A stretch of DNA of 64,000 bases from a virus, in IMG/VR virus record IMGVR_UViG_3300046003_004989, positions 1 to 64,000 of that record, one strand, 5' to 3'. Shown here piece after piece: positions 43,993-55,815 of the stretch; positions within the stretch are counted from its first letter, which is position 1; each line of letters starts with the position of its first letter. A program made the translations under genes and the position numbers. Under the pieces are notes generated by a model that worked only from the letters and a program-made list of their open reading frames with translations, was not told the origin of the DNA and did not search any database.

Positions 43993-45230
43993 TATTTAGC
44001 GAAAAATTTCTTATTGTTTGTTAATCTCTCGATTTCCCATTCAGGTACGATACCACCCTTTTCTACTAATTTCCAAAGCTTTTTGAAAGTTTCTTCAGAT
44101 TCTTGTCTACGACCTGACCACCAACAAGAAATTGAATGTAGATCGTATATTTTCCAAGCATAGATTGCTCCATCTATGAATAGTGCAGATGTTGGCATTG
44201 GATTCTTACCAGCGAATTTCATAGCATGTGAGCTATAGATATATGCAGTGTCGAACTCCTTAATTGAATGATAGTGTAGAATGATAGGAATTAAGTGTTC
44301 TGTTCTATGAACGTTAGCTTTACCACATTTACGATAATCTTCTAGGATTTCATTAACTGGATAATTAAGAGCACCTTTCAAAGAAGCAACCATTAACAAC
44401 GAATAATAAACTTCTTCCCAGAATCCATCATTAATCATATTAGATCTTTTCTCGTACCACTCTAATGCTTTTGCTTGATTTTCTGGGGTTCCTGCATCTC
44501 GATAAGATTGAGCTAAATAGAATACCCAACGTGGATCTTTCTTCGGATCATTTTCTACATAATCAAGTAGAATCTTAGCATGACCTTCGTATTTTTGTTG
44601 TTGAGTTTCAGAAGTCCAAGAGTTACCATCTGGAGTTACTAAAGTCGTTAGACCTTCGGCTTCACCTACATGAAAACCGTTTGGATCGTCATTTACAAGT
44701 ACTTCGTGTACTGGACCGTACCACCTCCAAGGTGATGTCGTGCTAAAGAATTGCATACGGAAGTAATTCTGACCTCCATAAGAAACTTTAATATTTGCCC
44801 CTGTAAATTGTGTAAGATTTGCTTTAAACATTTGAAGATTGAATCGAGGATCGATAATCAATTGCTCATCGGCATCAATCCAGAAACCGAAGTCTGCTTT
44901 ACCTTCAACAGCTTTTAAAGCTGTATTACGAGCATCTTCGAAGTTTTTCCAAGGATGATCGATTACTTCTCCTGGAATATTTTTCTCTTCAAAGAATTTT
45001 CTGATAATGTCTTGAGTTCCATCAGTAGATCCTGTATCGATAACTACATAATAATCGAGAATAGGATAAACAGAGTTTAACATACGCTCTATTACTTTTG
45101 CTTCGTTCTTAACGATAATGGAAAGTGATACAGTAGCTGGTTTGCCTGTTGGCATTTTTGCTACTTGAGGTCTTTGTACCTGAGGCCTTTGATTTTGCGA
45201 GGGCTTACGCTTTTTGTTATTCTTCGCCAT
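43992..45230 (-). CDS. GT2 glycosyltransferase with TPR-like C-terminus
   Basis: 'IIVKNE', 'IDTGSTDGT', 'WIDADE', 'GPVHE', 'FYLAQSYRD'. Confidence 0.88.
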   Translation of the reverse strand: MAKNNKKRKPSQNQRPQVQRPQVAKMPTGKPATVSLSIIVKNEAKVIERMLNSVYPILDYYVVIDTGSTDGTQDIIRKFFEEKNIPGEVIDHPWKNFEDARNTALKAVEGKADFGFWIDADEQLIIDPRFNLQMFKANLTQFTGANIKVSYGGQNYFRMQFFSTTSPWRWYGPVHEVLVNDDPNGFHVGEAEGLTTLVTPDGNSWTSETQQQKYEGHAKILLDYVENDPKKDPRWVFYLAQSYRDAGTPENQAKALEWYEKRSNMINDGFWEEVYYSLLMVASLKGALNYPVNEILEDYRKCGKANVHRTEHLIPIILHYHSIKEFDTAYIYSSHAMKFAGKNPMPTSALFIDGAIYAWKIYDLHSISCWWSGRRQESEETFKKLWKLVEKGGIVPEWEIERLTNNKKFFAK

Positions 45231-45420
45231 GTTTTGTTATTTTTGTTTCTTCTCCACGAAGTGTGTCTTCGGTTCCGCGAATTCTACCTTCATCAAAGGC
45301 GAATCCTACAATATCATAAAGCAATTCTCGGTCACGTTGAGTAGCATCAATTCTACCAATGTAAGCGTCGATTGCAATCTGTAATGCTGGAGAAACGTAG
45401 TCTAAGTTTTTAAATGACAT
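45217..45420 (-). CDS. hypothetical protein
   Basis: Downstream of class II promoter 45444-45471. Confidence 0.6.
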   Translation of the reverse strand: MSFKNLDYVSPALQIAIDAYIGRIDATQRDRELLYDIVGFAFDEGRIRGTEDTLRGEETKITKHGEE

Positions 45421-45475
45421 AGGAGTTATTTAGAGTTCTATAATTATATGAAGATATTTGGTTTTGATTCAACAC

Positions 45476-45507
45476 GAAAAGCAATAAACCGAAGTCTATT
45501 GCTTTTC
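45476..45507. terminator. hairpin terminator
   Basis: GAAAAGCAATA...TATTGCTTTTC inverted repeat. Confidence 0.65.
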
Positions 45508-45526
45508 ATTGTTAAAATTTTAATTC

Positions 45527-46000
45527 TTATTTGATCCATCCATAATCGTCGATAGATCCATCATGCTTTAACTCTTGATATCTTGTGCCCTTATCGAAAA
45601 GAGTACCGAAATGTTTACCTTTATTAAAGAAGTAAATCTCTTCACCTCTACTAATATGTTCATAACGATCAAGCATATCTCGGAGTAAATTACTTTTCAA
45701 ACCTACTAGGATTTTAGTTTTACTTCCACTAAAATCTTTTACATCTTTCAATGTAACTGATTCATTTAGAAATTGTTCAAATGATTCAGTGAGTTTATTT
45801 AACTCAGCTTTATCATATGTACCGAAATCTTGATGAGGTAGAGTAGTTTTAGTTTGAACTTTTTTCACAGGATGTGTGAGTTCAACTCCTTCATAAGGAT
45901 CGGCTTTTACACCTCTCTTCTCCCAATAATCGAAGAAGTTCTTCCATGTTCCGTGATAATAGCGAATCTTTTCTAGATCGGAATCTTGTCCATGAGTCAT
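45527..46000 (-). CDS. hypothetical protein with internal leader-like motif (SFEQFLNES)
   Basis: Track ORF 45527..46069; start uncertain, ATG 46000 preferred. Confidence 0.65.
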   Translation of the reverse strand: MTHGQDSDLEKIRYYHGTWKNFFDYWEKRGVKADPYEGVELTHPVKKVQTKTTLPHQDFGTYDKAELNKLTESFEQFLNESVTLKDVKDFSGSKTKILVGLKSNLLRDMLDRYEHISRGEEIYFFNKGKHFGTLFDKGTRYQELKHDGSIDDYGWIK

Positions 46001-46001
46001 A

Positions 46002-46229
46002 TCAACTGTTTCTTGACCTGACCCCTTTGGGTTCTTTTCTGGTATTGGCATAATTTGAAATAACTTCACCTTTAAGATGAATGTTTAATTTTTTTATTCC
46101 TGCAAAATCTTCTTCGGTTTCCTTGATAATATCAAGTACTCTGACAAAAACCCCAGGTTCAACTTCTAAGATATCTCCAATTTGAAGAGAAGAATCAATA
46201 TCTTCACCTTCTTTAAAAAGTCGTATCAC
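46002..46229 (-). CDS. hypothetical protein
   Basis: GTG-start ORF. Confidence 0.5.
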   Translation of the reverse strand: MIRLFKEGEDIDSSLQIGDILEVEPGVFVRVLDIIKETEEDFAGIKKLNIHLKGEVISNYANTRKEPKGVRSRNS

Positions 46230-46244
46230 GGAAAAAGGCTTTTT

Positions 46245-46451
46245 TTAAGCCGTAGGTCCTTCTTCTAATGTTTCGGTTTCAGGTTCTACTGGCTGAGATT
46301 GGCCATTCATTGCCATTAAAAAATCGATTGAAGATTTTACGATAATAGCGTCATCGAATGATAGAATTCCACTCTTTTGAGCTAATTCTGCTGTTTGAAC
46401 TAATACGGAGATTGCTTCTCCAACATTTTCTACTTGTTTTCTTTTTGACAT
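46245..46451 (-). CDS. hypothetical protein
   Basis: Downstream of class II promoter 46470-46498. Confidence 0.65.
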   Translation of the reverse strand: MSKRKQVENVGEAISVLVQTAELAQKSGILSFDDAIIVKSSIDFLMAMNGQSQPVEPETETLEEGPTA

Positions 46452-46494
46452 ATGATTTGTTTTTAGAAGTTATATGATATTCTTGTTGTTTTGA

Positions 46495-47727
46495 TTAATC
46501 GTAGTAGTTTAGATTTGCAACTACTGCTCTAATTTTTGTAGATCCAGAAATTACTAAAGGTGTTACACATATCCACATAATATCTCGTGTTCCATCAATA
46601 CAAACACCCGGTTTAATCAAGTTGTCTAATAATTGGAAGTTATCTGTGGTTGCGGCATTACCTTTTCCAATATATGATTTGATGATATTTCCTGAAACAT
46701 TAACGGTCATAGTACCGTTACCTTGAGAGAATTCGACTGGAGTGTCTGGAATCTGAGTATAAGTAGGTGTACCACCTGTAATGCCAGGATTCATTTCAAC
46801 AGTAATTAGATAATCTGTACCTGTTACTTGATTCAATGCGAATAGAGAATCTAATACGATATTAGCACCTCTCCAATCTTGATCGCATCTATATCCGAGA
46901 AGTGGATATTTAACTCCAGGAGTTAGAAGAGTTCTTTCCGTTGAATTTTGTATCGATACTGCTTTAAGAAGTGCATTTTGAGAACCTTCTACAGCATAAT
47001 GAGAACATAATTGATGGAAAACTCCTGAACCTGCACCAGTTTGACGAATTTCATAACGGATAGGTTGATTAGGATTTGTCATGTAAGGATCTTCGATAGT
47101 GTTAGCTGAACAAACTTCACCAAATTGTACGAAACCTTCATCAGGTAGAACTAAACCGAAACGCATTCTACCAACACCTAACCATTGGAAGTCACACCAG
47201 AATAACTGATCTAATTGCCAATCTATAGTTAGAGGATCAAATTTATCAGTTCTCCATTGTGAGATATCAATGCTATAAATTTGAGTTCCAGTTCTCCAAA
47301 CCTGAAAAGTTATAGTATTTGTATCTCCATTGGATTCTAAAAAGAATCCATCTAAAGCTGTATTGTAAGGAGCCGTAGTACTGCTAGAAAAGTAACCTAC
47401 TCTCTTTATTACATTATCTTGAACGTGGAAATTCATAAATGTAGCTTCAAATAAACCACCTTTTCCAGGGGAATAAACTCCTCTAGCTTTAGTTGAACGG
47501 ATAACATAATCACCATTTAGTGACGTATCCATTTCAACGTCGGAATTAGTTGGAGTCCAAGTCGAAGTTGCTGATCCACCTTTAAGTTCATCGATAAGAA
47601 GAGGATTTTTATCGTAAACGTGTTTGATTTCTAGTATACTGTTTAATTGAGAAGTACGGAATCTGCTAAATGCATCAACCTGAGGAGTACCTTCAAATGA
47701 AACTGTATTATTAAATGCGTATGACAT
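46495..47727 (-). CDS. putative virion structural protein (beta-rich, lectin-like)
   Basis: 'DAFSRFRTSQ', 'YSPGKG', 'DFQWLGVGRMRFG', 'NPNQPIRYEI'; adjacent to the fibre gene. Confidence 0.7.
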   Translation of the reverse strand: MSYAFNNTVSFEGTPQVDAFSRFRTSQLNSILEIKHVYDKNPLLIDELKGGSATSTWTPTNSDVEMDTSLNGDYVIRSTKARGVYSPGKGGLFEATFMNFHVQDNVIKRVGYFSSSTTAPYNTALDGFFLESNGDTNTITFQVWRTGTQIYSIDISQWRTDKFDPLTIDWQLDQLFWCDFQWLGVGRMRFGLVLPDEGFVQFGEVCSANTIEDPYMTNPNQPIRYEIRQTGAGSGVFHQLCSHYAVEGSQNALLKAVSIQNSTERTLLTPGVKYPLLGYRCDQDWRGANIVLDSLFALNQVTGTDYLITVEMNPGITGGTPTYTQIPDTPVEFSQGNGTMTVNVSGNIIKSYIGKGNAATTDNFQLLDNLIKPGVCIDGTRDIMWICVTPLVISGSTKIRAVVANLNYYD

Positions 47728-47742
47728 TTGTGTATATTTATT

Positions 47743-49608
<1,866 letters not shown>

Positions 49609-49624
49609 TTATATTGTTCTTATT

Positions 49625-49960
49625 TTAGAATATTCTCGTACCAGAAAACTTAAACCATTGAGTGCCATTATGCACAAACATATCTGCACCAGTGGATCCG
49701 GTATTTCTAAATGCCATTTGACCTAAAGAACCAGCTGAGTTATAAGCGGTTGGTGGAGAAACTATAATATATGAACCCATATAAGTTCCACCAGTAGGTC
49801 CTAAAAGTCCAAATTTACCAGTCATACCGACAGGACCCATAAGAAGAGAGTCTTCAGCTCGATTATATGATGAGTCAATCAAATCTGTAAAGTATGATTC
49901 GGTTGCCATGTTTCCGTCTTGAAATTCGGCCTTAAGATTGTTTCTATTGATTACTGACAT
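49625..49960 (-). CDS. short paralog of the fibre N-terminal domain
   Basis: RNNLKAEFQDGNMATESYFTDLIDSSYNRAED vs [32 protein letters not shown]. Confidence 0.75.
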   Translation of the reverse strand: MSVINRNNLKAEFQDGNMATESYFTDLIDSSYNRAEDSLLMGPVGMTGKFGLLGPTGGTYMGSYIIVSPPTAYNSAGSLGQMAFRNTGSTGADMFVHNGTQWFKFSGTRIF

Positions 49961-49969
49961 TGTTTTATA

Positions 49970-50503
49970 TTAATTTGCGTAAAGTACGGATACTGAAACT
50001 GGATATGGAGATATGTTGTTTATCTTCATAGGAGTTGTTAATTGAGAATTTGAATTCAAATGAAACAAATCTTTCATAACCATGTGCTTATATGTAGTAG
50101 AAGTTGGCAATCCGATTAAGAAAGGAATTGTCATTCCAACGTATCCAGGTTGTTCACCTATACCAATTTCAATTAGCTTTTGTTCTTCTAATGCTGTAGA
50201 AGGCCAAGCAGCTTTTGCTAAAACATACTTGGAATATAAGTCAACATAAGCAACTTCTTCTGGTTGCAATAGAACTGTTACAAAATTGTAAGTATCTACT
50301 ACTTGAAACCAGCTACATAGAGCAAAGTCGTTAGATGTAAATAAAGTTTGTGAAGATTTGAATACGCTAGGCTTACATCCTACCCAACGTATAACTTTTC
50401 TGCCATCTGTATCATTACAACAAAAAGTAGATTGATTGTCTATTGTTTGTTGTGAGAAATGAGAAGCGTTAAGTCCTTCTACTGTAGTATAGATTTCTGT
50501 CAT
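49970..50503 (-). CDS. hypothetical (possibly virion) protein
   Basis: ORF track. Confidence 0.65.
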   Translation of the reverse strand: MTEIYTTVEGLNASHFSQQTIDNQSTFCCNDTDGRKVIRWVGCKPSVFKSSQTLFTSNDFALCSWFQVVDTYNFVTVLLQPEEVAYVDLYSKYVLAKAAWPSTALEEQKLIEIGIGEQPGYVGMTIPFLIGLPTSTTYKHMVMKDLFHLNSNSQLTTPMKINNISPYPVSVSVLYAN

Positions 50504-50506
50504 TTT

Positions 50507-51346
50507 TTACATTCCACTGGTTATTCTACGGACTTCCTGAGGTGCTTCAGATTCTTGATCTCCCTCGATCGTAGGTGTTTCAGTTTTAGTATATTTATCT
50601 TCTCCCTCGATTTCTCTTAGTTTGTCTTCAATTTGTTTTTTGATTTCAGGATTTTTAGCAATAACCTTTGCTATTTTCTGCTCTGTCTTCTTAGATTTCT
50701 CTTTGTTAGACAGATTTTCATCTTCTTGAATGTTTTCTATCTCAGTTTCTAATGCTTCTAGAGTAGGATTCTCGGCAGACTCCTCGATAGCTTCTAAAAG
50801 TTCTTCAGATATTCCAAGTTCTTCAGCAGCTTCTATTCTAGCCTCTCTTTCAAGTTCCTCTTCAATAGCATGTTTAGCTTCAAATTCAGCTTTAATCTCT
50901 TCTGCATTAGAAGGACGGATATAATCAACAAGGGATTTGATGAATCCTAAAGCAACAAGTGGAAGGATAGCTCCAGAAACAATGGATAGTACACGTTTCT
51001 GGAATATCGGTTCTTCTTCAATCAGACCAAATAGTTCTGACCAATTTTTATAGTCTTCTAAATGAGTATAAGCGAAGTACATATTACCCATCATTTGCAT
51101 TAATGTGATGGTTATAAATAGACCCCAAACCATACTTTTACTTGTTTTATCAAGAATGATAATAGCTGCCAATGAAGCAGCAGCACCAACCTCGAAAGCG
51201 ATAGCTAATGTTACAGCTAACCAATCAGGATTAGATAATTTAAAGAAGTCTATCACGTGGATAGTGGAGATTATCGATACCATCGCATATAGACCTACGA
51301 ATATCGAGATAATCGACCATTTAATAATGTTGTCTCTTTTACTCAT
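50507..51346 (-). CDS. membrane protein, 4 TM + acidic coiled-coil tail
   Basis: Hydrophobic N-terminal half, Glu-rich C-terminal half. Confidence 0.75.
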   Translation of the reverse strand: MSKRDNIIKWSIISIFVGLYAMVSIISTIHVIDFFKLSNPDWLAVTLAIAFEVGAAASLAAIIILDKTSKSMVWGLFITITLMQMMGNMYFAYTHLEDYKNWSELFGLIEEEPIFQKRVLSIVSGAILPLVALGFIKSLVDYIRPSNAEEIKAEFEAKHAIEEELEREARIEAAEELGISEELLEAIEESAENPTLEALETEIENIQEDENLSNKEKSKKTEQKIAKVIAKNPEIKKQIEDKLREIEGEDKYTKTETPTIEGDQESEAPQEVRRITSGM

Positions 51347-51351
51347 TTTAT

Positions 51352-51654
51352 TTAATTTTCTTTTACGAAAGTGCCATTGACCATTTGACCTTTACGTTTA
51401 GCTATTACTCCATAAGATCCGTTAATACAATCTTCAATGTTATAGCCTTTTAATTTTGCTAGATTTGTCAGAACGACTACACAATCACCAATAGCGTCTT
51501 GAAACTCATCATCATTTTTCTTTAATAATGACATTGCCAATTCACCCATTTCTTCGGATAGTTTAGCAAATTGTGTTAAAGGATCACCCTTTTCATAGAT
51601 GCCTTTGTCTTGTGCCCATTCTCTAATTGAATGGAATTCGTTAGTTAAGTTCAT
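51352..51654 (-). CDS. MazG-like nucleotide pyrophosphohydrolase
   Basis: 'QFAKLSEEMGELA...DAIGDCVVVL...RKGQMVNGTFVKE'. Confidence 0.9.
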   Translation of the reverse strand: MNLTNEFHSIREWAQDKGIYEKGDPLTQFAKLSEEMGELAMSLLKKNDDEFQDAIGDCVVVLTNLAKLKGYNIEDCINGSYGVIAKRKGQMVNGTFVKEN

Positions 51655-51681
51655 ATAGTTATGTATCTTGTTTAAAATTGA

Positions 51682-52041
51682 TTAAATTGAGAAGTGTTTT
51701 GTTACAAAATGTGATGTATTCATTTCAGTTGTTGCTGATTCAACTAGTCTATGAGAACCTTCAAAAATCATTTTCAGATCGAAGTTCACTCTAATCATAT
51801 CAGGATTCTTGATGTCTGGTGCTGTTTGATAGCCTTTAACTTCAAATACTCCAAGAACTTTGTTTGCTTTAACAGGGAATATGTACTTCATATTTTCTGC
51901 TACTTCAGGTTTCATGACCCACCAACCTCTTGAAACTTTTAGAAGATCCGAAAGAGGATATTTTCCGTTTGCTGTTGGTACCGATATCGTTACATTTACG
52001 AACGATGCATTGTTTGTTGAATTTTCCATTGAATTTTCCAT
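51682..52041 (-). CDS. hypothetical early protein
   Basis: Start moved to ATG 52041; TATCTTTG at 52066-52073 and TGTTAATAAC at 52112-52121 upstream. Confidence 0.65.
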   Translation of the reverse strand: MENSMENSTNNASFVNVTISVPTANGKYPLSDLLKVSRGWWVMKPEVAENMKYIFPVKANKVLGVFEVKGYQTAPDIKNPDMIRVNFDLKMIFEGSHRLVESATTEMNTSHFVTKHFSI

Positions 52042-52123
52042 TTTAGAATTATTTAAGATTATATACAAAGATAACAAAAAGTTCCCCTAAAAGGAAAGAT
52101 TTCGATCAAAAGTTATTAACATT

Positions 52124-52981
52124 TTACTCGGCTGATACAGCTCTTCCTACTTGTTTTGTCCAATCTAGATCTGTTCTTACTTCAGTATTTTTTGCAATAG
52201 TAGCAGTTAACATTGTAGTATCGACATTTAAAGATTTTGCTAAGAATTGTAAAGCTGCTATATCTTTAGGGAAGCAGTGTCCACCGAATCCAAAATCGCC
52301 ATCAGGGCCTGGAACTGACCAATGTGAATTACCTAAACGATCATCATAACGAGCATATTCAATTACCTTATCATAATCAATACCTAAGCCTTGACATAAT
52401 TGGAATATTTCATTTGCATAGGAAACTTTCATTGCTAAGAATGTATTTGTTACATATTTGATAGTTTCTGCAATAGTAGAAGATGTTTTGATGATAGGCA
52501 CTTTAGGGAATGCTTTTGCGAAAATAGCTTTTACTTTCGTAGAGCCAGGTCTTTCACCACCTACAATGATTCTATTTTGATTTTTGTAGTCTTCATTCGC
52601 ATTAGCTTCTGTTAAGAATTCTGGATTGAAAACGATATCTAGAGTTTGATATATTGAATTGAGTGTTTCTGTAGTTCTTGGTGGAATAGTTGATTTGATA
52701 ACTACGATATAACCGTCTTTATTAAGTGCTTTTACGCAATCAGCTATTTCGTTTAGTGCAGATGCAAGAATGCCTAAATCACATTCACCTGATTTTTTCA
52801 TTGGAGTCGGTACGCATAAGAATGTCATTTCTGTGTTTTCTACAACTTCAAAAATACTTCTTACCGTACTGTTTTTATTAGGGTCTTTGTCGAATGCAGC
52901 TATATTGTAATAGTTTTTCATTCCTTCTCGAACAGCTGATCCTACAAAGCCTTGTCCGATGATACCGATTGTCTCTTTCAT
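52124..52981 (-). CDS. UDP-glucose/GDP-mannose dehydrogenase family protein
   Basis: 'GIIGQGFVG', 'CVPTP', 'IKSTIPP', 'FNPEFL', 'GFGGHCFPKD'. Confidence 0.92.
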   Translation of the reverse strand: MKETIGIIGQGFVGSAVREGMKNYYNIAAFDKDPNKNSTVRSIFEVVENTEMTFLCVPTPMKKSGECDLGILASALNEIADCVKALNKDGYIVVIKSTIPPRTTETLNSIYQTLDIVFNPEFLTEANANEDYKNQNRIIVGGERPGSTKVKAIFAKAFPKVPIIKTSSTIAETIKYVTNTFLAMKVSYANEIFQLCQGLGIDYDKVIEYARYDDRLGNSHWSVPGPDGDFGFGGHCFPKDIAALQFLAKSLNVDTTMLTATIAKNTEVRTDLDWTKQVGRAVSAE

Positions 52982-52983
52982 TT

Positions 52984-53391
52984 TTATTTAGTTAGTTCTT
53001 CAATTAATTTAGTGATACGATTACGTCCTTTCTCTCCGATAGGAATTGGATTTCCTTCTTCGTCGATATGTACAAACTTTATATGCGTTTTAAGAACTAA
53101 AGTTTGCTTTCCAGTGTAAACGTTATGTGCTCTTGCTTCAAGATAGAGTGTGATGGATGAATTTCCTAATGCACTCGGTTGTCCGTATATTTTTAGTAAT
53201 TGACTCTCTTTTGCAGGTTTTTCAAATATACATTTGTCTATCGAAACAGTAACCATTCGTGGAGAATCACACAACTGCATGGAAAACCCTGCGGCTGCAG
53301 CGTCAATCCATGCTAGTAATTTCCCACCAAACAAATTGCCATGGAAACCAAGGTCAGATTTCTTAATGGGATGTGTGTTCAGTAATTCCAT
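52984..53391 (-). CDS. acyl-CoA thioesterase (hotdog fold, YciA-like)
   Basis: 'HGNLFGGKLLAWID', 'MVTVSID', 'FVHIDEEGNP'. Confidence 0.9.
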   Translation of the reverse strand: MELLNTHPIKKSDLGFHGNLFGGKLLAWIDAAAAGFSMQLCDSPRMVTVSIDKCIFEKPAKESQLLKIYGQPSALGNSSITLYLEARAHNVYTGKQTLVLKTHIKFVHIDEEGNPIPIGEKGRNRITKLIEELTK

Positions 53392-54041
53392 TATTGTACG
53401 TCTTTACGATCTTCTTCAGTGAAAGAAAGAGCATCAGCTACTGCAGCAGATGAGATATTAACATCCATCTTAGCTGAACGATAGTTAGAAATTTTAGATG
53501 AGAAGTTCATGTACATTTTTGAATTAGAAGCATCATTTGCATTGAAAGTCATTGAATTTCCAGCATTGATACCCATAGCACCACCTGCTTTAATTGCATC
53601 TTGATTAGCTGCTAAGAATAAGAAATTCCATCCATCTTTCTTTTTGTCTTCAATCAATTTGAAAACTTTTGCTTGATCGTATTCTTTACTTGCATTTTCA
53701 TAACCATCGGTGATGATTACGAATACTACATCATTTTTAGTTTTTACATCTTTTATCGTTTGACCTACTGCATCGTAAAGAGCAGTTGTTGCACGAGGTA
53801 CAAATGTTTCACCTAAAATAAGGTCTTTTGCTTCATTGATTGGAAGCTCTTTATAATCAACTTGATATTGATTATCGAATTGCACTAAAGTGATATTTGC
53901 TTCACCTTCTGCAGCTTTCTGTTCTTTAACGAAAGTATTGAATCCGTCTACGGTAGACTGACCAATAGAATCCATAGAACCAGAACGGTCTAAAACAACG
54001 ATAATATCAGTTGCTTTAGGAGTTACTTTTTTCTTTGCCAT
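53391..54041 (-). CDS. vWA domain protein
   Basis: 'VLDRSGSM', 'TALYDAVG', 'ITDGYENAS', 'FLAANQDA'. Confidence 0.9.
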   Translation of the reverse strand: MAKKKVTPKATDIIVVLDRSGSMDSIGQSTVDGFNTFVKEQKAAEGEANITLVQFDNQYQVDYKELPINEAKDLILGETFVPRATTALYDAVGQTIKDVKTKNDVVFVIITDGYENASKEYDQAKVFKLIEDKKKDGWNFLFLAANQDAIKAGGAMGINAGNSMTFNANDASNSKMYMNFSSKISNYRSAKMDVNISSAAVADALSFTEEDRKDVQ

Positions 54042-55312
54042 TAGTTATTGAGTTTTGCTTTTATTGTGTCGTGATGTTTATAATCTACAAGACGGAAATA
54101 TGAGATATCCATATCTTTACTTGTTATCATATTCCTAACTGGTGTATCGAATACTAATTTAGGAAGTGGGAAAGGTTGTCTTGTGTGGACTTGAATTTTT
54201 GAAACGAATTTTTTCTCTTCAGCTCTTGCAGCAGCTGCTTCTTCATATTTCTTTTCTTTAACCAAAGAAATTTTTCTTTTACGGATTTCTGCTAATTCTG
54301 GATGAGCTTCATCTAACTCTTCTTCAGTGAAGAATCTTCCAATTTGTTCTGCTGCTTGTTCTAAATGATTCAAGTATAAATGAGTATCACCTAGATTACC
54401 AATTAATTGATCTGGCATCATACCAACTTCTCTTGCTAAGATTTCTAATAGAAGACCGTAAGATGCTATATTGAAGGGTAAACCGAGTAGTGTATCTACG
54501 GATCTTTGATTCCACATTAAAGAAAGAGCTTTCTTTGGAATACGAAGAGCATCACAATGCATTTCAGATATAGTTTGACCAATTTTCCAAAGTTGATTAC
54601 GATCTCCATAAGCAATTCTTTCTTGCATAGTTAAATCTCTCGTATAACATTGAAAACCGTAATGACAAGGAGGGAGAGTCATTTTATCAATTTCTCCTGG
54701 ATTCCAAGCATTAACCATTAATCTTCTACTATCAGGATTATTCTTCAAGTCATGAATCAGATCAGCAATTTGATCGATATGATTTTCATTAACCATTGGA
54801 CGTGAACCGTTCATCCACCAATCTCCATGAAACCAATCTCTCCACTGTTTACCGTAAATAGGTCCAAGATTACCGAATTGAGTATTGAAGTCATCATTTG
54901 CGAGGATCTCTTCTTCAAATTCCTTTTCTGTTAACATAACCATTGCATCAGCTTTAACAAATTCTGCAATTGCTTCTTGTCCGGTTGTTTGTGGATTTGC
55001 TACAGAATCTTTTAAACCATTGAACCATTTTTGATACTTCTTATAAGCATCTCCTGTCCAAATATGAATTCCATTTTGTAGAAGATAACGTAAGTTTGTG
55101 TCTCCGTTCAAGAACCAAATAAGTTCTCCTACAACTCCTTTAAAAAACAACTTTTTAGTTGTTAATGCAGGGAATCCTTCTTGCATATTATGTCGAATCG
55201 TATACCCGAAAATGGATTTCGTTCCAACACCTGTTCTGTCTTTCTTTTCAATACCATACTCTAAAATGATTTGTAGTAAGTCTTGGTATTGTACGTCGAT
55301 GTTTCTTTTCAT
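54041..55312 (-). CDS. thyA: thymidylate synthase with insertions
   Basis: 'DRTGVGT', 'ELIWFLNG', 'GPIYGKQWR', 'SRR', 'LPPCH', 'QRSVDTLLGLPFNIASY'. Confidence 0.95.
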   Translation of the reverse strand: MKRNIDVQYQDLLQIILEYGIEKKDRTGVGTKSIFGYTIRHNMQEGFPALTTKKLFFKGVVGELIWFLNGDTNLRYLLQNGIHIWTGDAYKKYQKWFNGLKDSVANPQTTGQEAIAEFVKADAMVMLTEKEFEEEILANDDFNTQFGNLGPIYGKQWRDWFHGDWWMNGSRPMVNENHIDQIADLIHDLKNNPDSRRLMVNAWNPGEIDKMTLPPCHYGFQCYTRDLTMQERIAYGDRNQLWKIGQTISEMHCDALRIPKKALSLMWNQRSVDTLLGLPFNIASYGLLLEILAREVGMMPDQLIGNLGDTHLYLNHLEQAAEQIGRFFTEEELDEAHPELAEIRKRKISLVKEKKYEEAAAARAEEKKFVSKIQVHTRQPFPLPKLVFDTPVRNMITSKDMDISYFRLVDYKHHDTIKAKLNN

Positions 55313-55594
55313 TTAATTAACTTTGTGTAAAGGTTCGCCTATAAATTTTTCTAGTACTTCAAGTTTCGGTTTAGCGTTTGAATGTTCTTTAGCAAAATTC
55401 CATTCTTTGTTATGAGAATCTAATATTGAAGTTCGTCCTTCTATAAATTCTCGCATTTCATCATCTAGCATAATTGCTACAATTTCTTTCCATTGATCAG
55501 TAATAATGAATAGGTTTTGTCTTTTGTGAGCTACAAGGACATCACCTTCAAAATTTAGCAAACCTAGCTTAGGAAACGGAATCATTTTTTTCAT
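55313..55594 (-). CDS. hypothetical protein
   Basis: ORF track. Confidence 0.6.
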   Translation of the reverse strand: MKKMIPFPKLGLLNFEGDVLVAHKRQNLFIITDQWKEIVAIMLDDEMREFIEGRTSILDSHNKEWNFAKEHSNAKPKLEVLEKFIGEPLHKVN

Positions 55595-55814
55595 CTTCTA
55601 CGAATATTAGTTTAACGGTTTTCATTTCAGTTCCTTCAGGAAGGATAGTATTCTCGGGAAGAATACGAAACAGAATTTCCATATCTGCTTCGGGACTCAT
55701 TAATTGAGGCATCGATGAATGTCCCCAATGAACTTCATCAGATAGAGGAGAAAATTCGAAATGTACGAATTGACCGTGCTTAGCTTCCCATAATGTTTTG
55801 TAAGTGTTTTCCAT
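55569..55814 (-). CDS. hypothetical protein
   Basis: ORF track. Confidence 0.6.
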   Translation of the reverse strand: MENTYKTLWEAKHGQFVHFEFSPLSDEVHWGHSSMPQLMSPEADMEILFRILPENTILPEGTEMKTVKLIFVEDEKNDSVS

Positions 55815-55815
55815 A

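Noticed and set aside
54041-55312. dCMP hydroxymethylase / DNA hypermodification enzyme
   Set aside because: Retains the Asn in PFNIASY typical of dUMP-specific ThyA
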